Source of the DNA: Candidatus Methylomirabilales bacterium
GTDB taxonomy: Bacteria; Methylomirabilota; Methylomirabilia; Methylomirabilales; CSP1-5
DNA length: 64,000 nt
Assembly: GCA_046758505.1 (NCBI GenBank)
Contig: JBHIAH010000003.1
Span: 28,178 to 92,177 of the forward strand
Direction of reading: 5' to 3'
Made by a program: the position numbers and the translations under genes. Below the pieces are notes generated by a model. The model saw nothing but the letters and a program-made list of their open reading frames with translations. It was not told the DNA's origin and made no database searches. This document shows, in pieces, positions 36,542-46,601 of this stretch. The first letter of the stretch is position 1. The number at the start of each line of letters is the position of its first letter.

Positions 36542-36894
36542 GGTCTGATTCCGGCTCCGCTTCCTCTCGGGCTTCCCGGCGGAGACGCTCCCTCTCCCGC
36601 CTGCGCCGATACCCCGTCTTCGGCTCGTGTGGCCGGGACGGCGGCGCGACCGGCAACCGGACGGACGGTCGCTTTTTTCTCTTCTCGACTTTCTTCTTCC
36701 CGGGCACCCGAAGGTCCTCCCAACGTCCGGGGGCCACCCCTACTATAACAGAACCTCGCGGGGCCTCGGCAAGATCCTCGCGTTGCCCGGCGAGACCCCC
36801 CGCATCGGTCGGGGAAGTTGGAGACGCTCACTCTTGCACATCAGGAGGAGAGCTTCCTCCCCTCTTCCCGCACCGGCGAAAGGGAAGACGCCGG

Positions 36895-37719
36895 TCATCC
36901 GCGGCTCCTCGGGTCCCACAGGTCCCTGAGGCCATCGCCGAGGAAGTTGAATCCCATGACGGTCACCACGATCGCGAGCCCGGGGAAGAGGGTCAAGTGG
37001 GGGGCGACCAAGAGATACTGTCTGGCCTCATTGAGCATCCCTCCCCAACTGGGCGTGGGAGGCTGGGCGCCCAGCCCGAGGAAGCTCAGGCTCGCCTCGG
37101 CGACGATGACCGACGCGAATCCAAAACTGGCCTCTACCAGGATGGGGCCAAGGATATTGGGGAGCACATGCCGGAGGATCACCCGCAGGTCCCTCCCCCC
37201 CAACGCCTTCGCCGCCGCCACGAACTCCATCTCCCGGACCACAAGGGTCTGACCCCGGGTGAGCCGGGCATATCCCACCCAGCCGATGAGCGACAGGGCA
37301 ATGACCACATTGGTGATGCTTGGACCCAGGATGGCCGCAAAGGCAATGGCAAGGAGAATTCCGGGAAAGGCCTGCAAGATATCCACGAGACGCATCAGGA
37401 GTTCGTCCATCCACCCGCCAAAGTGCCCTGCGGCCGTCCCGACCAAGAGCCCGATCCCCAACGAGATACTGATCGCCACCGTGGCCACCCAGAAGGAGAT
37501 CCTGGCCCCGTACAGCATCCGGGAGAGGAGGTCCCGGCCCAGGCGATCCTGGCCGAAGGGGTGCGTCACACTTGGCCCCTTGAGCCCCTCGGCCAAGACC
37601 TGCTCGGTGGGAGAATAGGGGGCCAGAACCGGTGCGAGGAATGCACACAGCATCACGCCAACGACGATTATCAGCCCCACGGACGATACCCTTTTCTTCC
37701 GCACCCGCCCCGTCCTCAT
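36895..37719 (-). CDS. peptide/nickel ABC transporter permease (DppC/OppC-like)
   Basis: 274 aa with the BPD_transp_1 EAA-loop region (EFVAAAKALGGRDLRVILRHVLPN). Confidence 0.85.
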   Translation of the reverse strand: MRTGRVRKKRVSSVGLIIVVGVMLCAFLAPVLAPYSPTEQVLAEGLKGPSVTHPFGQDRLGRDLLSRMLYGARISFWVATVAISISLGIGLLVGTAAGHFGGWMDELLMRLVDILQAFPGILLAIAFAAILGPSITNVVIALSLIGWVGYARLTRGQTLVVREMEFVAAAKALGGRDLRVILRHVLPNILGPILVEASFGFASVIVAEASLSFLGLGAQPPTPSWGGMLNEARQYLLVAPHLTLFPGLAIVVTVMGFNFLGDGLRDLWDPRSRG

Positions 37720-37815
37720 AATAAGAAGTTGTCAGCCGCCAGCAACACCCCGTTGACTGATGACTGATGACCGTCACACCGCTGCCAGCAGCCGGCCATC
37801 CGCTAGCTCGCAATT

Positions 37816-37904
37816 TCGGATTTCGAATTAAAAATCAACCGATTTTCCTCAATCCCAAATTCGCAATTCCCAATTCGAAATTCGTGGCGCTGATAGCTGA
37901 CAGC
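37816..37904 (+). repeat. mosaic intergenic repeat, module C-D element, copy 2
   Basis: Homologous to 21438-21528; the 54-bp right half has 45/54 identical positions by hand alignment. It lies between dppC-like and dppB-like genes and abuts the dppB-like stop. Confidence 0.75.
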
Positions 37905-37906
37905 CT

Positions 37907-38836
37907 TTATTCATACCGGATCCGGGGGTCCGCGTAGGCGTAGGCGAGATCCGTCGCCGTATTGACCAACACGTACCCAAAACTGATGGCCAGGACACAC
38001 CCCTGCACCAGGGGATAATCCCGGGCCTGGATCGCCTGGAGCGTGAGCCGTCCCAACCCCGGCCACGCAAAGATCGTCTCGGTGATGATCGTCCCGGCGA
38101 GCAACGCCCCGAACTGGAGCCCCACGATCGTGATGACGGGAATCAGGGCAGCCGTCAAGCCGTGACGGAGGATCACCTGCCGTTCCGAAAGCCCCTTGGC
38201 CCGAGCCGCCCGGATGTACTCCTGGCCCAGGACCTCGAGCAGGCTCGCCCGGACCATCCGGGAGAGGATCCCAGCCATGGCCATTCCCAAGGTCAGGGCC
38301 GGCAGAAGGAGGTGATCGAGGCCGCCGCGGCCCGACACCGGCAGCCAGTTGATCTCGATGGCAAAGGCGAGGATCAAGAGCGGCCCGAGCACAAAATTGG
38401 GCACCGAAACCCCCAGGAGGGCTACGAATCGGCTCCCCCGATCGAGTCCAGAGCCCTGCTTCACCGCGGCCAGGACTCCCAGCGGGAGCGCAAGGATCAG
38501 GGCCACGACGAGGCCCGCCACCGCGAGCTCGACGGTCGCTGGAAGCGCCTTCAGGACCCTGGCAAAAACCGGCTCGCGGGAGAAGAGAGAGATGCCGAGA
38601 TCTCCGGTCACGAGCCCCTGAAGGAACTGCAGGTACTGCTCTGGAAGCGGCCGGTCCAGCCGGAGGCTGTGGCGGAGCGCCTCCCGCGCGGCGGGCAGGG
38701 CGGTTTCGCCCAACATTACGTCCACCGGATCCCCCGGGGTCAGGTGGACCAGGAGAAAGACCAGTGTCGAGACCCCCCAGGCCACCGGCAGAAGAAGACA
38801 GAGCCGTCTCAGGAGATAGCGCGCCATCGCTCTCAC
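37907..38836 (-). CDS. peptide/nickel ABC transporter permease (DppB/OppB-like)
   Basis: 309 aa with the N-terminal YLLRRL motif and the EAA loop (EYIRAARAKGLSERQVILRHGL). GTG at 38836 or ATG at 38827. Confidence 0.85.
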   Translation of the reverse strand: MRAMARYLLRRLCLLLPVAWGVSTLVFLLVHLTPGDPVDVMLGETALPAAREALRHSLRLDRPLPEQYLQFLQGLVTGDLGISLFSREPVFARVLKALPATVELAVAGLVVALILALPLGVLAAVKQGSGLDRGSRFVALLGVSVPNFVLGPLLILAFAIEINWLPVSGRGGLDHLLLPALTLGMAMAGILSRMVRASLLEVLGQEYIRAARAKGLSERQVILRHGLTAALIPVITIVGLQFGALLAGTIITETIFAWPGLGRLTLQAIQARDYPLVQGCVLAISFGYVLVNTATDLAYAYADPRIRYE

Positions 38837-38842
38837 TCACGC

Positions 38843-38928
38843 GGGTTCATAGTTCATGGTTCATGGCAAAAATGAATTCCTAGATCTCTGAGCTCTGAAC
38901 CCTGGACTCTGAACCGTGAACCGTGAAC
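38843..38928. repeat. inverted pair of GGTTCA/TGAACC-word modules (module A)
   Basis: GGGTTCATAGTTCATGGTTCATGG ... CTGAACCCTGGACTCTGAACCGTGAACCGTGAAC forms an imperfect palindrome filling the gap between two permease-operon genes. Confidence 0.75.
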
Positions 38929-38932
38929 GTTT

Positions 38933-40450
38933 TCATCGGCTTGCCAGCCACGCGTCTTTCAAGGTGGTAAAGTCGCCCCCCGGCATGATGGAAAACCCCC
39001 GGATCCGCGACCGGTAGGCCGCCCACCGAAGCTCGTGCCAGAGACTGACATAGGGAAGCTCTGCGGCCAAGATCTGCTGGATCCGGCCGTAGGCTGCCTT
39101 GCGTTCAGCGATGTCTGATGTCTGCCGGCCGATTTGGAGGAGACGGTCCACGTCGGGATTCTGATAGTACCCACGGTTGGCCCCTCGCGGAGGAACAGAA
39201 GCCGAGTGGAAGATGTACTGATAATAATCGGGATCGGTGATGCCCACCCACGTGAGGACGTAGAGCTGGAAATTTCCCGATCGGATATCGGCGTAAAACG
39301 TTCCCCACTCGTAACTCCGAATCCGGAGTTGAATCCCCACCTGCGAAAGCTGAAATTGGATCGCCTCGGCGATCGCCCGACTGAGCTCGCTGGTGGTCGC
39401 CTTGAAGGTGAGGGTAAACCGCACCCCATTTTTCACCGGATACCCCGCCTCGTCCAAGAGGCGCCTGGCCGTTTCCAGGTTGAAGGGAAAGGTCTTCACG
39501 TGAGATTCGTAGGCCCAGTGATGAGGAAACAGGAGGCCGGTAGCCGGGATCGCCTGCCGCCGGAGCAAATGGGTGGTGAGCCCCTCCCGGTCGATGGCGT
39601 GGGCGATGGCCCGACGGACGCGGAGGTCACGGAGGATCGGATCCCGAAGGTTGAAGCCCAGGTACGTGTAGTTGCTGGAGGGGACGGTGGCCACCTGGAC
39701 CCCCGGCAGTGCCTCCACGAGCGGCAGGACCTCCGGGGGGAGCGATCCGAGGAGGAGATCGATCGTCCCCTTCTTCAACTCGAGGAAGCGGATGGTGGCG
39801 TCCGGGATGATCCGAAGCCTGAGCCGCCCGATCCGGGGCCTGCCGTCAAAATAATCGGCAAAGGCCTCCAACTCCACCCGGTCATTCTGCACCCACCGTT
39901 TGAACCGAAATGGCCCCGTCCCCACCGGTGCTTGGCCAAACCCCTCCGCACGTGCGAGCTCCGCCGGAACGATCCCCACCGTGAGATGAAAGAGGATGGG
40001 GGCAAAGGGGCGCTTCAAGTGAAAGGCCACTCGATACCGATCCAGAACCTGGACCCGTTGAATCTCCTCCAGCAGGGCAGTCTGCGCCGAGCCGACCGTC
40101 CGGAGGGATTCGTAGGTAAACCGGACGTCGGCGGCGGTGAGCTCCCGTCCGTGGTGAAACCGCACACCCCGACGGAGATGAAAGATGTAGGTTCGCGGGT
40201 CGGGGCGCTCCCACCTCTCGGCCAGATCCGGGACGATCTGGAAGTGGGCATCCGTGCGGACGAGACCGTTGAAGAGCAGTCCGACGACATGAAGGGAGAG
40301 GGCATCGGTCGCGACGCGAGGATCGAGGCTGACGGGGTTGGTCTCGATAGCGGCCGTCACCACATCGGGGGAGCGCCCTTCCCCCGGGCGACACGCCCCG
40401 AGGCCGATGACCAGCACGGCAACCGCGAGGGGGAGCAGGCCGCGCCTCAT
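38933..40450 (-). CDS. peptide ABC transporter substrate-binding protein (family 5)
   Basis: The start is set at MRRGLLPLAVAVLVIGLGAC (lipoprotein-type signal), overlapping the aminotransferase stop (ATGA at 40447-40450). The SBP_bac_5-like body includes LVRTD and the LAERWE motif. Confidence 0.85.
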   Translation of the reverse strand: MRRGLLPLAVAVLVIGLGACRPGEGRSPDVVTAAIETNPVSLDPRVATDALSLHVVGLLFNGLVRTDAHFQIVPDLAERWERPDPRTYIFHLRRGVRFHHGRELTAADVRFTYESLRTVGSAQTALLEEIQRVQVLDRYRVAFHLKRPFAPILFHLTVGIVPAELARAEGFGQAPVGTGPFRFKRWVQNDRVELEAFADYFDGRPRIGRLRLRIIPDATIRFLELKKGTIDLLLGSLPPEVLPLVEALPGVQVATVPSSNYTYLGFNLRDPILRDLRVRRAIAHAIDREGLTTHLLRRQAIPATGLLFPHHWAYESHVKTFPFNLETARRLLDEAGYPVKNGVRFTLTFKATTSELSRAIAEAIQFQLSQVGIQLRIRSYEWGTFYADIRSGNFQLYVLTWVGITDPDYYQYIFHSASVPPRGANRGYYQNPDVDRLLQIGRQTSDIAERKAAYGRIQQILAAELPYVSLWHELRWAAYRSRIRGFSIMPGGDFTTLKDAWLASR

Positions 40451-41646
40451 GGGCCAAGCCGCCCCATAGCGGTGGCCATCCGGGACAGGGCCTCCTCGAG
40501 ATCGGTGTCGGCGGCGGCATAGGAGAGGCGCAGGTAGCCCTCGCCGCCGGGCCCAAATGCGGTCCCCGGGAGACAAGCCACCCCCCCGTCCTCCAACAGA
40601 TGATCCGCAACGGCCTTGGCAGGTCGGCGAAGGCCCGCCACGTTGGGAAAAGCGTAAAAGGCCCCCGCCGGACGCAGACATCGGATGCCGGGGATCCGGT
40701 TGAGTCCCGTCACCAGCAGGTCACGCCGCCGGTGAAAGGCCTCGACCATCCGGCGAGACGGAGACTGATCCCCCGTCAGCGCCACCACCCCCGCCTTCTG
40801 CACAAAGGTGGCGGTGCACGAGTTGGAGTTGACCATCAGCTTGGCGACCTGCTCTGCCAGGGGGACGGGCATCACCCCGTACCCGAGGCGCCAGCCGGTC
40901 ATCGCATAGCTCTTCGAGAAGCCGTCCAGGAGGATCGTGCGGGGTTTCATCCCCGGCAGGGAGAGGATGCTGGAGGCTTCCCCCTCGTAACAGAACAGGC
41001 GGTAGACCTCGTCCGAGAGGACCCAGAAGTCGAAACGGTCGCTGAGCTCGGCAATGCGCGCGAGGCCTTCTTTTTCGATGATGCCACCGGTCGGATTCTG
41101 AGGAGAGTTGAGGATCAGGAGCCGGGTCCGGGGGGTGACCAGCCGCTCCAGGACGCCGAGGTCGAAACTGAACCCCTTCTCCTCCGTGAGCGGAAGCGGG
41201 ATGGGGGTCCCGCCGGTGAAGCGAATCACTGAGGCGTAGATGGGGAAGCCGGGATCGGGGTAGATTACCTCGTCCCCCGGCTCCACGAGGGCGAGCAGGG
41301 CAAAGAACATGATCGGCTTGGCCCCGGGGGTAATCACCACCTCGGCAGGGTCGACCGGGACCCCCCGGCTCTCGGTGACGAGATGCGCGACCGCCTCGCG
41401 GAGCTCCGGAAGACCCGCCGCCGGACCGTACTTCGTGAACCCCGCATCCAGCGCCCCCTTGGCCGCCTCCACGATGTGGGCCGGGGTGGGAAAGTCCGGC
41501 TCGCCAATCTCGAGGTGGACGATCCGCTGTCCCGCCCGCTCGAGTGCGGACGCCCGGACGAGGACCTCGAAGGCCCCCTCGACCTCGACCCCATCCATCC
41601 GTGCCGCGAATTCTCTCATCCGGCCCGTGTCGCGTTCAGGGTTCAT
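40447..41646 (-). CDS. pyridoxal-phosphate-dependent aminotransferase (class I/II, aspartate aminotransferase-like)
   Basis: 399 aa with PLP-lysine context DGFSKSYAMTGWRLGY and the NSPQNPTG motif. The first 8 nt of the ORF lie inside the right arm of the 103-bp inverted repeat; the ATG at 41619 is an alternative start. Confidence 0.85.
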   Translation of the reverse strand: MNPERDTGRMREFAARMDGVEVEGAFEVLVRASALERAGQRIVHLEIGEPDFPTPAHIVEAAKGALDAGFTKYGPAAGLPELREAVAHLVTESRGVPVDPAEVVITPGAKPIMFFALLALVEPGDEVIYPDPGFPIYASVIRFTGGTPIPLPLTEEKGFSFDLGVLERLVTPRTRLLILNSPQNPTGGIIEKEGLARIAELSDRFDFWVLSDEVYRLFCYEGEASSILSLPGMKPRTILLDGFSKSYAMTGWRLGYGVMPVPLAEQVAKLMVNSNSCTATFVQKAGVVALTGDQSPSRRMVEAFHRRRDLLVTGLNRIPGIRCLRPAGAFYAFPNVAGLRRPAKAVADHLLEDGGVACLPGTAFGPGGEGYLRLSYAAADTDLEEALSRMATAMGRLGP

Positions 41647-41741
41647 GGTTCACAAACCGTGGTTGGTGGGTAGTGGTCGGTGATTGGTGATTCGCAGTTC
41701 TCGGTTCGTAGAAACTCGAAATTCGCAATCCGAAATTCGAC
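41639..41741. repeat. 103-bp inverted repeat, right arm
   Basis: See 35960-36062. There are 102/103 matches in inverted orientation, and the arms are 5.6 kb apart. Confidence 0.95.
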
Positions 41742-41805
41742 ATTACTATTGTCCCCGGTCTCCGGTCATCGTACCGTGAACCGTAAACTCTGAACTGTGA
41801 ACCGG

Positions 41806-42387
41806 CTAGGGCGTGTTCAGGAAGGCTTTCAGTTGTAAGACATCCGCAAAGAGGACCACCACCCTGGAAAGGAATGGCTTCTTGATTCGTGGTTGCTGCT
41901 CCTCGTAATAGAAGACGACTGGCCCGTGGCGAGCCAACGGGGCCGTTCGAGGGTCCTTCAACAGCATCGAGTCGAGCTTGATCAGCACCACGCGGTTATC
42001 CGCAGTGAAGGTCCGCCTCCCCTGTGTCTCCCGGAGGGTAATCTCGAACTGATTTCGATCGGGAAGGAAGACCAGGCGTTCCAGAATCCCCTGCCCCTCG
42101 CGGACCTCCTGCGCTGCGCCGGGCGTGCCCACCATCAGAGGGACCAGGGCGAAGTAGAGGACCGCCACCCCTGTGGCGATCGACGGTCCGGTTCTCTTCC
42201 GTCGTGCGAGATGCCTGCTTCGGGGACCGTCCTCTATTTGCCGCGCCACTGCTCTACCCGGTGCAGGAGGCGGGCCGCGCCGCGTCCCACAGCCTCCGCT
42301 CGCTCCCGCCACACGTCTGCCGAGGGACTGCCCGCCTCGCCCACGGCACCCGCCGCACGTTCTTTCCGTGCCTCGGACGCATTGCAC
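41806..42387 (-). CDS. hypothetical exported protein (start uncertain)
   Basis: The C-terminal ~130 aa look coding and follow a hydrophobic signal-like segment (VAVLYFALVPLMVGTPGAAQ). The Arg/Gly-rich N-terminal ~60 codons overlap ORF 42234-42470 and are probably not translated. No canonical start was found near the signal segment. Confidence 0.3.
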   Translation of the reverse strand: MQCVRGTERTCGGCRGRGGQSLGRRVAGASGGCGTRRGPPPAPGRAVARQIEDGPRSRHLARRKRTGPSIATGVAVLYFALVPLMVGTPGAAQEVREGQGILERLVFLPDRNQFEITLRETQGRRTFTADNRVVLIKLDSMLLKDPRTAPLARHGPVVFYYEEQQPRIKKPFLSRVVVLFADVLQLKAFLNTP

Positions 42388-42470
42388 GCGGGACAGCGGT
42401 AGCGCAGGTTGATGGGATCATAGCGCAGCTCGTGCTGACAGTGAAGACATCTGGCTGGAACGGCACCCAT
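42234..42470 (-). CDS. small zinc-ribbon protein (hypothetical)
   Basis: 78 aa beginning 4 nt after the comM stop. CLHCQHELRYDPINLRYRCPACN is a CxxC-N17-CxxC knuckle pair. No homology evidence. Confidence 0.3.
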   Translation of the reverse strand: MGAVPARCLHCQHELRYDPINLRYRCPACNASEARKERAAGAVGEAGSPSADVWRERAEAVGRGAARLLHRVEQWRGK

Positions 42471-42473
42471 GGC

Positions 42474-43986
<1,513 letters not shown>

Positions 43987-44009
<23 letters not shown>

Positions 44010-44206
44010 GACTTTCTCTCACGGCAGGCATCTAACCGCACATGGCTGGTGACATACACTTACCCGATTCTGCCGTCCCTCGCAAGCGGAAACGGGAACC
44101 TGTGTAGAGTGCGTGTACTTAGAGGATAAAGGAGGAAAGGACTAAAGGGAGATGCCTTAAGTGATCCATTGGTTTGTGTTCGTTGGTTTGTGTCAGGCAT
44201 GTATTT
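43987..44206. repeat. 220-bp perfect direct repeat, left copy (contains comM start codon, first 8 codons and ~197 bp upstream)
   Basis: Identical base for base to 48637-48856 (offset exactly 4650 bp). Identity breaks at 43986/48636 and at 44207/48857. Confidence 0.95.
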
Positions 44207-44252
44207 CTGGTTCGTGTCCATGGTTCGTGTGGTTCGGAGCAGATGAGCACAC

Positions 44253-44279
44253 ATGAGGGTCAGGTCTTGCAATCACACA
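44253..44279 (+). repeat. REP-like 27-bp repeat, copy 1 (ATGAGGGTCAGGTCTTGCAATCACACA)
   Basis: Identical to 44315-44341. Its 19-bp core AGGGTCAGGTCTTGCAATC is the exact reverse complement of 45202-45220. Confidence 0.9.
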
Positions 44280-44314
44280 AGCACACATGAGAGACACATG
44301 AGGGTCAGAGACAG

Positions 44315-44341
44315 ATGAGGGTCAGGTCTTGCAATCACACA
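44315..44341 (+). repeat. REP-like 27-bp repeat, copy 2 (overlaps transposase stop codon)
   Basis: Identical to 44253-44279. A partial third copy (CATGAGGGTCAGAG) lies at 44297-44310. Confidence 0.9.
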
Positions 44342-45174
44342 TGCTTCCTCTTCCCCGTCTCTTGCACCCTGAGCTTCCGACTCACTGTAGCATAGTGCAC
44401 CCCCAGATGTTCCGCAATCTCTCGCAGTCGATACCCGTACTCCCGATAGGCCGCTCCTATAGCCCTCTCGCCCCGTTGGCGAAAGAGCTGCGCTAAGGTT
44501 GGCCTCACCGGTCTCCACTGCACCCGGGGGATCTCCGGCATCCTCGCCCCCCTCTTGGTGTGTCGCTGGATAAAGGTCGCACTCCCCAGATATATCTGCC
44601 CCTGCAGTTGCTGCCACGGTTGCCGGCCGAGCCCCTCGTGAACAAAGGCCCGATACCGGGTTTGGGCACCGCTCCTCCGTTGCCCAAACTGGCCCAGGAC
44701 CCACGCGACCGTCAAAAATCCAGGCGCCGATGCTAACCCCGCGGTGGCTCGATAACTGCTCCACTTCCATGCGGCCACACTCCGCTTTGCCCCTGCCCGC
44801 ACGGGATTCAACACGACATAGCGACACAGCTCCAACAAGTGCGCTTGCTTTTCTACGACTATTGCCTTATAGCGCCCTTGAAACAGATGGCCCACCCGGC
44901 TGTGCCTCCGATTGAAGGCCTGGGTGTAGACCCCGTTGAGCTGGCGCATCCCCCGAGACAGGGTGGGCTTCAGGGTTTCGATCAGCAGGTGGTAGTGATT
45001 ATCCATGAGGCAATAGGCATGGCAGAGCCACTCGTAGCGAGCGATCACCTCGCCAAGAATGTCGAGAAATGCCTGGCGATCCGTGGCGTCCCGGAAGATG
45101 TTTTGCCGGGCGTTCCCGCGGGCCGTGAGGTGATAGACTGCGCTCGGATATTCAATGCGGAGGGGGCGACTCAT
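44335..45174 (-). CDS. RAYT / IS200-like Y1 (HUH) transposase with C-terminal HTH
   Basis: 279 aa with N-terminal YHLTARGN, the HUH motif DNHYHLLIE, the GHLFQGRYK motif and the catalytic Tyr region CRYVVLNPVRAG. The C-terminal HTH is LREIAEHLGVHYATVSRKL. This architecture fits the REP-associated tyrosine transposase group. Confidence 0.8.
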   Translation of the reverse strand: MSRPLRIEYPSAVYHLTARGNARQNIFRDATDRQAFLDILGEVIARYEWLCHAYCLMDNHYHLLIETLKPTLSRGMRQLNGVYTQAFNRRHSRVGHLFQGRYKAIVVEKQAHLLELCRYVVLNPVRAGAKRSVAAWKWSSYRATAGLASAPGFLTVAWVLGQFGQRRSGAQTRYRAFVHEGLGRQPWQQLQGQIYLGSATFIQRHTKRGARMPEIPRVQWRPVRPTLAQLFRQRGERAIGAAYREYGYRLREIAEHLGVHYATVSRKLRVQETGKRKHV

Positions 45175-45201
45175 GCCAGGAGGGTACCAGGGGATCTGTA
45201 G

Positions 45202-45220
45202 GATTGCAAGACCTGACCCT
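45202..45220 (-). repeat. REP-like core in inverted orientation on the other side of the transposase gene
   Basis: GATTGCAAGACCTGACCCT is the reverse complement of AGGGTCAGGTCTTGCAATC (44256-44274 and 44318-44336). Confidence 0.9.
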
Positions 45221-45271
45221 AAACCTTCTCTAAACCTTCTAAACCTTTGACCCTAAACCTTCCTAAACCTT
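45219..45271 (+). repeat. short tandem array, five copies of (C)TAAACCTT
   Basis: AAACCTT occurs at 45221, 45232, 45241, 45255 and 45265, with 2-7 nt spacers, directly abutting the inverted REP-like core. Confidence 0.8.
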
Positions 45272-45299
45272 CGCCTTCGCGGGGCAGGCGCGGAGGGCG

Positions 45300-46592
45300 T
45301 CAGGATCTATCGAGAAGCGGCGCGAGCAGTGCACGCAGTTGCCGGACGCGCTCCGCGGCTGCCCCCTTTGTCTGCAGCGTCGCCCGAACCACTGGCCGGG
45401 CGATCTCCCACCCATCATAGTGGGAGCAGAGCTCGAGGAGTCGGGCCGCGGCGATCTCCGGATCGGTTGCGACCAACGTCGTCGTTGCCGCGACATCGAT
45501 CGCCGATGCCAGGTCCCCTCCTTTCGCGAGCACGTAGGTCAGGTTCCTGAGGGCGAAGTGGTTGTCCGGATCGGCGTTCACCACCTGCCTGAAGTGCTCC
45601 GCGGCGACTTCGTTCTCACCGCGCCGCATCAACACGTTGCCGAGGTTGTAGCGGGCGCCGGCGTGTGCGGGATCACAAGCCAACGACCTGCGATAGCAGT
45701 GTTCGGCCCTCTCCTCGTCGTCGAGCTCGGTGAAGCTCCGGCCGAGGGAGAAGAAGGCACCGGCGAGCAGCCGCGGCGGATGCAGTTCGGCGTCGTACTG
45801 CTGCAGCGTCTGCAGCGTCATTTTGATCACGTCGACTTCGATCTGGGGGAGGACGGCTCCTCGCTTCTGGCCCCGCATGAGCTCGTCGTAGCCCTCGCGG
45901 ATCTCATCGAGCAGCTCGGCCGGCGGGAGCGGAGGGAGTTGCGCCTCCCGCTGAGCCTGCGTCCGGCTGCTCTCTCCCTCGTCCTTGCCACACCAGCGCT
46001 GCACATCTCGGACCAGCTCTGCTCCCTTTTCCTCGGAGAGAGCCGCGAGCCACGTCTGGACCATGAGCATCCACTGCTCGAGAATGCCCGACGTCATCTC
46101 GCCGAGAGGCGCACAGCGGACCAGTTGCCAGGTCTCGTTGAAAGCCGCCTCGGACGATTGACGATCGACGAAGACTTGCGCCGCGAGGTTCAAGACGGCC
46201 GCGTCCGCCAGATCGGCGGGGCGGGTGAAGGGAAAGCGCTGGTAGAGTCCGAGGGCGCGCGCAGTGGTCTTCGACGCGTCTGGGTGATCGGTGTTGAGCA
46301 GCAGCATACCGGCACCGAAGCAAGCGTGCGCCGCCTCGAGTATGGCCTCCCCGGGGAAGGCCTCCAGGAGCGATGCGGCTCTGAGGTAGGCTTTGATCGC
46401 CTCTTCGGTGTCGCCGGCCTGCCTGAGAAAGTGTGCGAGCGTGATGGTCAGGCGGCCCCGATCCTCGTGATCGTCTGGCTCCATCGATTCGATGAGCTCG
46501 CGTAGGACCGAGGCGCCACGAGCGGGATCTCCGCCGGCTGTAAGAGTCTCGGCCTGCTTCAGCAGGTCGCGCTGGTCGTCGTTGAGTGGCAT
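45300..46592 (-). CDS. TPR-repeat protein (island cargo gene 2)
   Basis: 430-aa all-helical protein. Clear TPR units lie near the C-terminus (AEHCYRRSLACDPAHAGARYNLGNVLMRRGENEVAAEHFRQVVNADPDNHFALRNLTYVLAKGG). It starts 9 nt after the stop of the FRG gene. Confidence 0.7.
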   Translation of the reverse strand: MPLNDDQRDLLKQAETLTAGGDPARGASVLRELIESMEPDDHEDRGRLTITLAHFLRQAGDTEEAIKAYLRAASLLEAFPGEAILEAAHACFGAGMLLLNTDHPDASKTTARALGLYQRFPFTRPADLADAAVLNLAAQVFVDRQSSEAAFNETWQLVRCAPLGEMTSGILEQWMLMVQTWLAALSEEKGAELVRDVQRWCGKDEGESSRTQAQREAQLPPLPPAELLDEIREGYDELMRGQKRGAVLPQIEVDVIKMTLQTLQQYDAELHPPRLLAGAFFSLGRSFTELDDEERAEHCYRRSLACDPAHAGARYNLGNVLMRRGENEVAAEHFRQVVNADPDNHFALRNLTYVLAKGGDLASAIDVAATTTLVATDPEIAAARLLELCSHYDGWEIARPVVRATLQTKGAAAERVRQLRALLAPLLDRS

Positions 46593-46601
46593 CGCACAAT
46601 G

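Noticed and set aside
36528-36737. A 69-aa highly basic ORF (KKKVEKRKKRPS...) upstream of the DUF4149 gene.
   Set aside because: It overlaps other equally long frames, is of low complexity, and has no start-site support.
36895-40450. The Dpp-like transporter lacks ATPase genes (only SBP plus two permeases are present).
   Set aside because: ABC ATPase genes are frequently encoded elsewhere or shared, so this is not informative by itself.
45219-45271. Possible CRISPR array (the TAAACCTT mini-array and other doubled-word repeats across the window).
   Set aside because: The repeat units are only 7-9 nt with 2-7-nt gaps. There is no 25-40-nt repeat/spacer periodicity and no cas genes anywhere in the window.
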